From Octopus sinensis (lineage: Eukaryota), in assembly GCF_006345805.1 (NCBI RefSeq), contig NW_021836786.1:1-22284 (forward strand): 22,284 nt of DNA, written 5' to 3'. The notes under the pieces were generated by a model. It was not told the DNA's origin. It did not search any database and was given only the letters and a program-made list of their open reading frames with translations. Positions within the stretch are counted from its first letter, which is position 1; each line of letters begins with the position of its first letter. Positions 8,765 through 19,396 of this stretch are shown one piece after another. The position numbers and the translations under genes are program-made.

Positions 8765-9059
8765 TGTCTGTGTGGGTGTGTGTGGGTGTGCGGGTGTGTG
8801 TGGGTGTGTGGGGGGAGGTGTGGGGTGTGTGGATTATGTTTGGATATGTGGATGTGTGTGTGTGAGAGAGACCGAGTGGGAATCTGTGTGTGTGTGGGAG
8901 AGAGAAGAATGTGTGTGTGTGTGAGACAGAGAGAGAGAGAATGTGTGTGTGTAAGCGGGAGAGAGAGAGAGAGAGAGAAATAAAATGTGTGTGTGAGAGA
9001 GAGAGATGGAGAGATGGAGAGAGAAAGAAATATGTGTGTGAGAGAGAGAGAGAAAATGC

Positions 9060-9093
<34 letters not shown>

Positions 9094-9615
9094 TGGAGAG
9101 AGAAAGAAAATGTGTGTGTGTATGTGTGTGTGTGTGAGAGAGAGAAAATGTGTGTGTGTGTGTGGATGAGAGAGAAAATGCGTGTGTGTGTGTGTGGATG
9201 AGAAAGAAAATGCGTGTGTGTGTGTGAGAGAGAGAGAGAGAGATGGAGAGAGAAAGAAAATGTGTGTGTGTGAGAGAGAGAAAATGTGTGTGTGTGTGGA
9301 TGAGAGAGAAAATGTGTGTGGTGAGAGAGAGAGAGAGAGAGAGAGAGATGGAAAGAGAAAGAAAATGTGTGTGTGAGAGAAAGATGGAGAGAAAGAAAAT
9401 GTGTGTGTGTTTGTGTGTAAGAGAGAGAGAGAGAATGTGTACGTTAAAGTGTGTGTTTGTGTGTATATGTATGTATATGAGTGTGTTTATGTATTTGTAT
9501 ACATGTATAAGTGTATGTGTGTGTGGTGTGTGTGAAAGAGGGAATGTGAGTGTGTTTGTGAAAACGTGTTGTTGAAAGAATGCGTATGCAAGTGTGTGTT
9601 CGTGTGTGCGTGCAT
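8765..9615. repeat. Long compound (GT)n/(GA)n minisatellite
   Basis: Recurring GAGAGAGATGGAGAGAGAAAGAAAATGTGTGTG blocks; the source of the spurious HT/LS/RE/CV ORFs. Confidence 0.95.
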
Positions 9616-9684
9616 GAGTACACTCAACCACTTATAGATTTATTCATTGACTGTAATCCCTCACCGTATCAAAGTTCACCTATA

Positions 9685-9849
9685 GGCGCAGGAGTGGCTG
9701 TGTGGTAAGTAGCTTGCTTACCAACCACATGGTTCCGGGTTCAGTCCCACTGCGTGGCATCTTGGGCAAGTGTTCTTCTGCTATATCCCGGGCCGACCAA
9801 TGCCTTGTGAGTGGATTTGGTAGACGGAAACTGAAAGAAGCCTGTCGTA

Positions 9850-9912
<63 letters not shown>

Positions 9913-10134
9913 GTGTATGTGTGTGTATATATTTGTGTGCGTGTGTTTGTCCCCCTAGCATTGCTTGACAACCGATGCTGGTGTGTTTACGTCCCCGTAA
10001 CTTAGCGGTTCGGCAAAAGAGACCGATAGAATAAGTACTGGGCTTACAAAGAATAAGTCCTGGGGTCGATTTGCTCGACTAAAGGCGGTGCTCCAGCATG
10101 GCCGCAGTCAAATGTCTGAAACAAGTAAAAGAGT
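9685..10134 (+). mobile_element. Full-length tRNA-derived SINE (family A)
   Basis: Same A/B boxes, body and tail as 7944-8423. Confidence 0.92.
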
Positions 10135-10189
10135 ATGGTGGTTTATTATTTAAGCTTTCCTTGATTCCTCTGTGGTGTTATTTTGCATT

Positions 10190-10713
10190 TATAATCTTTC
10201 CTACTCTAGCTACAAGGCCCAAAATTTTGGGGGAGTGGGGCTAGTCAATTAGAGCGAACGAGTACACAACTGGTACTTAATTTATCGACGCTGAAAGGAT
10301 GAAAGGCAAAGTCAACCTCAGCAGATTTTGGACCCAGAATGTAAATACAGACGAAATACCTATTTCTTTACTACCAACTGGGGCTAAACACAGAGAGGAC
10401 AAACAAGGACAGACAAAGGGATTAAGTCGATTATATCGACTCCAGTGCATAACTGGAACTTAATTTTGAACTCAGAACATAGCGGCAGACGAAATACCTA
10501 TTTCTTTACTGCCCACAAAGGGCTAAACACAGAGGAGACAGACAGATGGATTAAGTCGATTATATCAACACCAGTGCGTAACTGGTACTTAATTTATCGA
10601 CCCCGAAAGGATGAAAGGCAAAGTCGACCACAGCAGAATTTGAACCCAGAATGTAAAAACAGACGAAATACTGATAAGCATTTCGCCTGCCATGCTAACG
10701 TTTCTGCCAGCTC
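10190..10713 (-). mobile_element. Diverged family-C SINE: one head plus about three tandem bodies
   Basis: Minus-strand head GAGCTGGCAGAAACGTTAGCA at 10713; body junctions AAAGAAATAGGTATTTCGTCTG at ~10350 and ~10495. Confidence 0.8.
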
Positions 10714-10758
10714 ACCAACTTAAAATATTCTTTTCTACACTATGCACAAGGCCTGAAA

Positions 10759-11996
10759 TTTTGATACCAACCCAGCTGAAACCACCTCTGGCTCTGTAGT
10801 ACAAATGTCTTGTTTTCATAAGCTTTCAATTAAAATCTTCCACCAAACCTTAGTCACAATTTATGTTCCTAACACCAGCTTAATGATAACTAAGTTATTT
10901 TACTAAATTCTTTGTTATATTTAAAATAATTGAAAGAAACACAGAGTATCTCAAAATAAATATGGTAACGAAAGGGTTAAAATATATAATAGAGAAACAA
11001 TTCTTAACTCTTTTGATACCAACCCAGTTGAAACTGCTGCGCCTGGGCTCTGTAGTACAAATGTCTTGTTTTCATAAGCTTTCAATTAAAATCTTCCACC
11101 AAACCTTAGTCACAATTTATGTTCCTAACACTAGCTTAATGATAACTAAGTTATTTTACTAAATTCTTTGTTATATTTAAAATTAATTGAAAGAAACACA
11201 GAGCATCTCAACAGAAATATGGTAACAAAAGGGTTAAAATATATAATAGAGAAACAATTTTTAACCCTTTTGATACGAACCTGGCTGAAACCACCTCTGG
11301 CTCTGTAGTACAAATGTCTTGTTTTCATAAGCTTTCAATTAAAATCTTCCACCAAACCTTAGTCACAATTTATGTTCCTAACACCAGCTTAATGATAACT
11401 AAGTTATTTTACTAAATTCTTTGTTATATTTATAATTAATTGAAAGAAACACAGAGTATCTCAAAATAAATATGGTAACGAAAGGGTTAAAATATATAAT
11501 AGAGAAACAATTCTTAACTCTTTTGATACCAACCCAGTTGAAACTGCGCCTGGGCTCTGTAGTACAAATGTCTTGTTTTCATAAGTTTTGAATTAAAATC
11601 TTCCACCAAACCTTAGTCACAATTTATGTTCCTAACACTAGCTTAATGATAACTAAGTTATTTTACTAAATTCTTTGTTATATTTAAAGTAATTGAAAGA
11701 AACACAGAACATCTCAACAGAAATATGGTAACAAAAGGGTTAAAATATATAATAGAGAAACAATTCTTAACCCTTTTGATACCAACCCAGCAGAAACCAC
11801 CTCTGGCTCTGTAGTACAAATGTCTTGTTTTCATAAGTGTTGAATTAAAATCTTCCACCAAACCTTAGTCACAATTGATGTTCTTAACACCAGCTGAATG
11901 ATAACTAAGTTATTGTACTAAATTCTTTGTTATATTTAAAATTAATTGAAAGAAACACAGAGCATCTCAACAGAAATACAGTAATGAAAGGGTTAA
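10759..11996. mobile_element. Tandem array of five piggyBac-like MITEs (~230 bp) separated by a constant 23-bp spacer
   Basis: Units run TTAA-C(C/T)CTTTTGATAC...G(G)TAA..AAAGGG-TTAA, i.e. TTAA sites plus imperfect ~13-bp TIRs. Unit starts at 11004, 11261, 11514 and 11767; the first unit is 5'-truncated. TTAA and CCC termini are piggyBac hallmarks. Confidence 0.8.
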
Positions 11997-12874
11997 GTCT
12001 TGTACTATAATACTTTCGTGTTTTTCTCAGTCACAACATATGAATGAGAAAGGAAGGGGTGATAGATGAATAAGGAAGGAAGGGGTGATGGCAAATTTGG
12101 TAGTGGGATGATGGAAGTTCTTTGCTGAAAAAAATAAAACAGCGTTTCAACTCTGTGTGAGTATATGCGTGTGTATGTAATAGGGAGGTAGGTGAATATT
12201 TGTGTGTGTGTGTGCATGTGCGTGTGTGTGTGTGAGTGTGTGTGCATGCATGTATGTGTGTGTGTGTGTGTGCAATAGAAGTGGGATGGTGAACATTCAA
12301 CGCTGAAATGAAAACCCATGGATCTTATGGATCTTCAGCGAAAACCTAATACACCTGGAATATACACACCATCCACCCCACCCCGAAATAATTTATTGCT
12401 TGCATCTTGATGAATTCAATACCAGATAAAAACTACATGTTACTCCTATCAGCACTTCCCTTCAGGCCATAAGTACGCAATTATATTGTTTAATAATTAA
12501 TCCAAACAGGTTTATACTTTCTAAAACACTTATGAATTCTAAATCATAAATGAACATGTGTTATACTTTAATCCATTGGGTTTTAAGGGTATTAACGCAA
12601 CATTTTCAGTGAAGAAATGCAATGGGAATATTTCTCAAACAAAAGTATCATATTTCAGATTTTAATCTAATTTATACGAACTTAATTTTAACTGTTTTGA
12701 TACCAATTCGCCTGAGACTGCTTCTAAGTTCTATAATACGAACTTCCTGCTTGAAAGGGATCGAAATTAAAAGCTTTCATTTAATTTTCAAGTTAATCTG
12801 TGTTCCAAATGCCAATATAATTGCGACAAAATTATTTTACAAGATTCTTTATAATTTTCAAAGTTAATTCAAAC

Positions 12875-13417
12875 TTTCGTGGCCTTTGCCAGCCTTGTCT
12901 GGCACCTGTGCTGGTGGCACGTAAAAAGCACCGTCCAATTGTGGCTGTTGGCAGCCCCGTCTGGCCTCCGTGCCGGTGGCACGTAAATAGCACCATCCGA
13001 TCGTGGCCGTTGCCAGCCCCGTCTGCCTTCCGTGCCGGTGGCACATAAAAAGTACCATCTGATCGTGGCCATTGCCAGCCCCATCCGGCCTCCGTGTCGG
13101 TGCCACGTAAAAAGCACCGTCCGATCGTGGCCATTGCCAGCCTCGTCTGGCACCTGTACCGGTGGCACGTAAAAAGCACCGTCCGATCGTGGCCATTGCC
13201 AGCCCCGTCTGGCACCTGTGCCGGTGGCACGTAAAAAGCACCCACTACACTCACGGAGTGGTTGGCGTTAGGAAGGGCATCCAGCCGTAGAAACACTGCC
13301 AGATCAGACTGGAGCCTGGTGCAGCCTTCTGGCTTCCCAGACCCCAGTTGAACCGTCCAACCCATGCCAGCATGGAAAACGGACGTTAAACGATGATGAT
13401 AATGATGATGATGATGA
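12875..13417 (+). mobile_element. RTE-LINE 3' UTR containing about six 62-bp tandem units, with a (GAT)n tail
   Basis: Units start at 12879, 12941, 13003, 13065, 13127 and 13189; tail AAAACGGACGTTAAACGATGATGAT. Confidence 0.85.
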
Positions 13418-13645
13418 TTGTAATTTTTATTTTACTTGACTCAATATCTCTACTCAAGCGTGGCATATCACCTGACAATTCAAAGGTACTTTTTAAATGG
13501 GCCGGTTATGCTTCACTGGTATAGGCTATGGCTGGGATCTCACTTTACTTGTTGGGTCTTCTCAATCACAGCATGTCTCCAGAGATCTTCCTGGGTCTCC
13601 TTCTATTACTACCTAGACCCTAAGCACTATACAAATAACCAAAAT

Positions 13646-13783
13646 AGGAAGGGCATCCAGTTGTAGAAACACTGCCAGATCAGACTGGAGCCTGGTGCAG
13701 CCATCTGGCTTCCCAGACCCCAGTTGAACCGTCCAACCCATGCCAGCATGAAAAGCGGACGCTAAATGATGATGAGGATGATG
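13646..13783 (+). mobile_element. Short RTE-LINE 3' end with a (GAT)n tail
   Basis: Near-identical to 13271-13400; followed by the AATTCAAAC target duplication. Confidence 0.85.
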
Positions 13784-14133
13784 AATTCAAACAAAGGCAG
13801 TGTATAGAGAATAAAAAGGTTAAAGGGGTCTACATTACAATCTTCCATCATGATTTCATTTTAGTTTGTGTTCCAAACACCAGAACATAAGCGGGTAAGA
13901 CAAATAAGTCCTGGGGTCGATTTGCTCGACTAAAGGCGGTGCTCCAGCATGGCTCTTAAGTTCTAGTGTTTGTTGAATTTTTCTAGAGAACATTCTTTTC
14001 TTTGTGGTTAGATCGTAGGTGATCTACTTCTACCATATTGGGTGTCTGCTTAGTGGTCATCCCTTCTTATACATGTATATATAGACATATATATAATACC
14101 TTTTGATAGTTATATATAAAAAAAATAATAAAA

Positions 14134-14564
14134 GAGACGCAGGAGTGGCTGTGTGGTAAGTAGCTTGCTAACCAACCACATGGTTCCAGGTTCAGTCCCA
14201 CTGCGTGGCACCTTGGGCAAGTGTCTTCTACTATAGCCTCGGGCCGACCAAAGCCTTGTGAGTGGATTTGGCAGACGGAAACTGAAAGAAGCTCGTCGTA
14301 TATATTGTATGCATGTATATATGTATGTGTGTGTGTGTTTGCGTTTGTGTGTCTGTGTTTGTCCCCCTAGCATCGCTTGACAACCGATGCTGGTGTGTTT
14401 ATGTCCTCGTTATCTAGCGGTTCAGCAAAAGAGACTGATAGAATAAGTACTGGGCTTACAAAAGAATAAGTCTGGGGTCGAGTTGCTCGATTAAAGGCGG
14501 TGCTCCAGCATGGCCACAGTCAAATGACTGAAACAAGTAAAAGAGTAAAAGAGAGTAAGAGTAA
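14134..14564 (+). mobile_element. Full-length tRNA-derived SINE (family A)
   Basis: Same boxes, body and tail as 9685-10134. Confidence 0.92.
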
Positions 14565-14829
14565 ATAAATATAGATATAAATATTAAAAAATTAAAAGTT
14601 TAAAAATTTATAAATTTAAAATTTAATAAATATAAAAAAATATATAAAATTTAATAATATAAAAAATATATAAAAATTTATAAATATAAAAAAAAAAAAT
14701 TTTAAATTAAATTAATTTGAAATTTTATATTTTTATTTTTTGTATATTATATTAATTATATTTATTTTATGCTTTGGTTTATGTTTTTCACTGTTTGATT
14801 TGCATAATAGTGGTTTTATCTCTAATTTA

Positions 14830-14872
<43 letters not shown>

Positions 14873-14875
<3 letters not shown>

Positions 14876-14903
14876 TAGCATTAAAGACCCGTCGTTGCCG
14901 GGT
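14873..14903 (+). mobile_element. Possible 5' terminus of a non-autonomous Helitron-like element
   Basis: (TA)n-CTAG followed by the GACCCG/CGGGTC hairpin, a layout I associate with insect and mollusc non-autonomous Helitron-like repeats. Pattern recognition only. Confidence 0.4.
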
Positions 14904-15657
14904 CATAGTGATAGTGCATGTATATATGTCTATATATATATGTGTAATATTACATGTACATCTATATATATACATCTACCATAAAATACAAAATAACAAG
15001 TTATATCGATCTTGAATTGCTAGTGATAACAATACTCAAAATATATAATTTTGATCAATTGTATCTTGTCCTCCCTCTTGTATAGAAGTGTGGCTACAAT
15101 CCAGCCTACCTCTACTTCCGGGGGGGGGGGGGCATTAAAAATTTTTTTGCGGGACATCCTACATCCCAGATATAAAGGTAAAAATAAAATATTTCCACTT
15201 TGCAAGTTCGAGTCGAGTACTCCCTTGCTTCTGTTGTGGCGAATTTACCGCCTCTGATTAGATACCTTTCATTGTCGCACCAAGACACTTTTCGAAGGTG
15301 CTTTCCTCCAGGTGTTCAAATCTTTTTTCTCTACATTGTTTACTTTATAGACAATAGTCTTTTCTTGAATTTAATTTTTTATTTATCCATCTGGACGATT
15401 CCATTTCTGCAAGCTAATTTTATTTTTAATTTATTCCCATTCATGTGAAACCACTTGTTCAAGTTCAAATCCTTGATGCAATTTTATACCAATTGCTATT
15501 TTTACTTTTGTTATGTTACGATTATATTATACTTTAGTTTGATTTTAATTATTACTTACTACATATAATTCAATTGTTATTATTATTTTTATTGTTAAAG
15601 TGAAAACATCTGACATAAAATTGAGAAATGTTTTTGTTTCACTTTTAACATGTTTCA

Positions 15658-15967
15658 TTGCCCATGAAACTACATGGACCCTAAGTAAGGCATGTGTAAA
15701 ATTTGAATGGAATTGGTTGTGTAGTTCTCAAGTTTTAGGGAATCATAGTGGAGAAGATATGATATTGCTATGGGCTCGCTCTAGGCAAGAAGTTGAACAT
15801 TTTTTTTGCCCATGAAACTACATGGACCCTAAGTAAGGCATGTGTAAAATTTGAATGGAATTGGTTGTGTAGTTCTCAAGTTTTAGGGAATCGTAGTGGA
15901 GAAGATATGATATTGCTGTGGGCTCGCGCTAGGCAAAAAGTTAAAAAATTTTTGCCCATGAAACTAC
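15658..15967 (+). repeat. About 147-bp tandem repeat, 2.1 copies
   Basis: TTGCCCATGAAACTAC starts at 15658, 15806 and 15952. It ends 33 bp before the exon acceptor. Confidence 0.9.
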
Positions 15968-16000
15968 TATATGTTTCTTTGTTGCATTTGTTCCCTTCAG

Positions 16001-16155
16001 GAAAGTCATGGTTCCGGTCAAATCAGCATACGGTTCCGAAGTTATTCCAACAGTGGAGGCAAAGGGAGCAACGGACATTGCTGTGATGGTCGGTGGATCA
16101 TCTGTGGGTCAGCCTGTGATCACCAGTTCTCCATATGTCTGGATCGTCAGCATGG
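16001..16155 (+). CDS. Internal coding exon of a Notch-ligand-like (Delta/Serrate/Jagged N-terminal MNNL/C2 domain) protein
   Basis: Pyrimidine-rich acceptor TTTGTTCCCTTCAG| and donor GG|GTAAGT. Phase 0 start; translates ESHGSGQISIRFRSYSNSGGKGSNGHCCDGRWIICGSACDHQFSICLDRQH(G). This parallels the Jagged-type SGQFEL..NxxG..xNGxCCxG...CDTYFKVCL pattern. Confidence 0.85.
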
Positions 16156-16191
16156 GTAAGTATATCATTTGATGGAACTACTTCTATGACA

Positions 16192-16192
<1 letters not shown>

Positions 16193-16252
<60 letters not shown>

Positions 16253-16253
16253 C

Positions 16254-16304
<51 letters not shown>

Positions 16305-16402
16305 CAATAATAATAATAATAATAGTAATAATAATAATAATAATAATGATAATAAAAATAATAACAATAATAACAATAACAATAATAACAATAATAATAA
16401 TG

Positions 16403-16434
<32 letters not shown>

Positions 16435-16533
16435 GTAATAATAATAATAATAATAATGATAATAATAATAATAACAATAACAATAATAACAATAATAATA
16501 ATAGTAATAATATAATAATAATATAATAATAAT
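16193..16533. repeat. Long (AAT)n microsatellite
   Basis: Read directly; the source of the poly-I/N/L/Y ORFs. Confidence 0.97.
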
Positions 16534-16819
16534 TGTTATCATGTACATTGTTTTGTCTTGGTATAAAAGATGGGTTTTGCAGCAAATATTCTGCTCAATA
16601 CCACAGATTTGCTTGTCAGTTGTTTGACCTTAACCAGTTGAGCATGTCCCTTAGTGGCTGACGATATGTGCATCTCTGATCACGAGCAGAAGTAGTGGGG
16701 GAGCATCATAGCCATGTGTTGATAAAAATCCTTTGGAGTTTGAATAATTCACCTCTGGTAACATGAGTGTTTCATTCAACATCTATAAAAACCCTTATTC
16801 AAGGACCTTTTGAGCAGGT

Positions 16820-17035
16820 GTTAATGGTATTACCATGTGGATTTCTCTTATTTAGGTTATTTGTATAGTGACCAGGGTCTAGGTATTAATAGAAGAAGGA
16901 GACCCAGGAAGACCTCTGGAGACACGCCCTGATACCGTCGGTATCTACATATCAAATTTGAGCACAATCGGATGGAGGATGCCCGAGATCCTAAAAGACA
17001 CACACACAGACAGACAGAATGGATTTTGTATAATA
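16820..17035 (+). mobile_element. Possible 3' portion of a non-autonomous Helitron-like element
   Basis: CAAATTTGAGCACAATCGG...ACACACAGACAGACAG...then (TA)n. Its first ~100 bp also occur at 17601-17700 and inverted at ~13570-13645. Confidence 0.4.
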
Positions 17036-17325
17036 TATATATATATATATATCAATAATATAGGGTGAAATTAATTAGTTTAGAAATAATCATTAATTTC
17101 ACCAAGTAGAGTTCGGCATGTAAAAGACCCATTCAAGGAAGGTTTAAGTAATACTAATTAATTAAGGGTTCAGCAACGATTTGCCTCACCACACACCGAA
17201 TTTAGAAATAGCAGTCAAAAAGTTTTGGCTATTCTTTCTACTTAAAAGGGAGGTCCCAGTAAAACCACAGCACTTAAAAAACAAACAACACAGGCAAAAG
17301 AGAAAGAAATGACGGAAATCATTCT

Positions 17326-17564
17326 ATATTAAGTCACCTACGGACGTACGTTTCGGAATTAAGTCATTGCAGAGCATAAAAATTAAATAATTATATCTTA
17401 CCTGACTACTTTCCTCCTCAATTATTAATAATTGAAACGCAATTATTTATAATTGAAGAATCCTACGCTGAGGAGGAAAGTAGTCAGGTAAGACATAATT
17501 ATTTAATTTTTATGCTCTACAATGACTTGATTCTGAAACGTCCGTCCGTAGGTAACTTAATATA
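17326..17564. repeat. Fold-back: ~95-bp inverted repeat with a 48-bp spacer
   Basis: Arms 17326-17420 and 17469-17564, with six mismatches counted by hand. Confidence 0.92.
17462..17552 (+). ncRNA. Type I hammerhead ribozyme forming the right arm of the fold-back
   Basis: CCUACG-CUGAGGA-GGAA..AGUCA...UGACU..UUCU-GAAAC-GUCC-GUC-CGUAGG. Perfect 6-bp stem I; predicted cut after C17546. The inverted arm keeps the palindromic ACGUACGU stem III but lacks the 5' stem I. Confidence 0.8.
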
Positions 17565-17852
17565 TATATATATATAATATATATATATATTATATATAAT
17601 GGTATTACCGTGTAGATTTCTGTTATTTAGGTTATTTGTATAGTGATTAGGGTGTAGGTAGTAATAGAAGGAGACCCAGGAAGATCTCTGGAGACATGCT
17701 GTGATTGAGAAGACCCAACAAGTAAAGTGAGATCCCAGCCGTAGCCTATACTAGTGAAACATAACCGGCCCATTTAAAAAGTACCTTTGAATTGTCAGGT
17801 GATATGCCACGCTTGAGTAGAGATATTGAGTCAAGTAAAATAAAAAATTACA

Positions 17853-18510
17853 ATCATCATCATCATCACCATCATCATCATCGTTTAACGTCCGTTTTCC
17901 ATGCTGGCATGGGTTGGACGGTTCGACCGGGGTCTGGGAAGCAAGGAGGCTGCACCAGGCCCAGTTGGATCTGGCAGTGTTTCTACAGCTGGATGCCCTT
18001 CCTAACGCCAACCACTCCGTGAGTGTAGTCGGTGCTTTTTACGTGCCACCAGCACAGGTGCCAGTCAAGGCTGGCAACGGCCACGATCGGATGGTGCTTT
18101 TTACGTGCCACCGGCACAGAGGCCAGTCGGGGCGGCACTGGCAACGGCCACGTTCAGATGGTTCTCTTATATGCCACCGGCACTAGTATCACAGCTACAA
18201 TTTCCATTGATGATCGACTTTGATTTTGATTTTGATTTTCACTTGCCTCAACAGGTCTTCACAAGTAGAGTTTTGTGTCCCAAGAAGGAAAGGTATGCAT
18301 AAGTGGACTGAGGCCACGGGTTATGATCTCACTTGTCCTGCCGGGTCTTCTCACACACAGCATACTTCCAAAGGTCTCGGTCTCTAGTCAATTTCCTCGG
18401 TGAGACCTAAAGTTCAAGTGTGCTTCACCACCTCGTCTCAGGTTTTCCTGGGTCTACCTCTTCCGCAGGTTCCCTCAACCGCTAGGGTGAGGCACTTTTT
18501 CACACAACTA
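17853..18510 (-). mobile_element. 5'-truncated RTE-clade LINE 3' end
   Basis: The minus strand reads VEGTCGRGRPRKT*DEVVKH..., then RDLWKYAVCEKTRQDK, the 3' UTR and a (GAT)n tail. Confidence 0.85.
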
Positions 18511-18621
18511 TATATATATATGTGTATATATACACATATATTTATACATATATTATTTTCAAATTTTGGTGCAAGGCCGACATTTTTTGAGAAAGTGGAT
18601 AATTTAATCACATTGGATGGA

Positions 18622-19221
18622 TGGAAGCACTCCGTCGGTTACGACGACGAGGGTTCCGGTTGATCCGAATCAATGGAACAGCCTGCTCGTGAAATTAACG
18701 TGTAAGGGGCTGAGCACTCCACAGACACGTGTACCCTTACCGTAGTTCTCGGGGATATTCAGCGTGACACAGAGAGTGACAAGGCCGGCCCCTTGAAATA
18801 CAGGTACAACAGAAACAGAAGTAAGAGTGAGAGAAGTTGTGGTGAAGAGTAAAGCAGGGATCACCACCATCCCCTGCCGGAGCCTCGTGGAGCTTTAGGT
18901 GTTTTCGCTCAATAAACGTGTAAGTGGCTGAGCACTCCACAGACACGTGTACCCTTACCGTAGTTCTCGGGGATATTCAGCGTGACACAGAGAGTGACAG
19001 GCCGGCCCTTTGAAATACAGGTACAACAGAAACAGGAAGTAAGAGTGAGAGAAAGTTGTAGTGAAAGAGTACAGCAGGGATCACCACCATCCCCTGCCGG
19101 AGCCTCGTGGAGCTTTAGGTGTTTTCGCTCAATAAACACTCACAATGCCCGGTCTGGGAATCGACACCGCGATCCTATGACCGCAAGTCTGCTGCCCTAA
19201 CCACTGGGCCATTGCGCCTCC
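18622..19221 (-). mobile_element. Full family-B tRNA-SINE with a 218-bp internal tandem duplication, nested in a decayed family-C SINE
   Basis: 11-bp TSD TAATCACATTG at 18605-18615 and 19222-19232; duplicated units ~18699-18916 and ~18917-19137. Confidence 0.88.
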
Positions 19222-19396
19222 TAATCACATTGACCCCAATATTCAACTGGTACTCATTTTATCAATCCCAAAATGAGGGAAGGCAAAGTTAGCCTCAGTG
19301 GTATTTGAACTCAGAACAAAAAGTGAAAAAAAAAATGCCCCTAAACTCTTTATCTGGCACCATAATGATTCTGCCTGGTGACCACTTTATATATAT

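Larger units (their letters stand above)
12688..13823. mobile_element. Older diverged copy of the same MITE type, split by the 12875-13783 insertion
   Basis: Left end TTAACTGTTTTGATACC (12688), right end AAAAAGGTTAA (13823); the interrupted halves rejoin at the duplicated AATTCAAAC. Confidence 0.6.

Noticed and set aside
8834-9631. 265-aa and overlapping ORFs
   Set aside because: Translations of GT/GA microsatellite (HT, LS, RE, CV runs).
12832-13365. 177-aa, 125-aa and 99-aa repetitive ORFs
   Set aside because: Stop-poor 62-bp tandem repeats in an RTE 3' UTR.
14563-14830. Extremely A/T-rich tract as a functional element
   Set aside because: No periodicity or motif; probably decayed low-complexity sequence or poor consensus quality.
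14740-15015. Hydrophobic N-terminus (MYIILIIFILCFGLCFSL) as the signal-peptide exon of the Notch-ligand-like gene
   Set aside because: TTG start in very AT-rich low-complexity sequence, with no suitable phase-0 GT donor after the hydrophobic stretch.
16098-16585. Poly-L/I/N/Y ORFs
   Set aside because: Translations of (AAT)n.
16536-16820. Apparently unique sequence as a possible exon
   Set aside because: No splice-bounded open frame with MNNL or DSL features; it looks like a common interspersed repeat, but I cannot classify it from this window.
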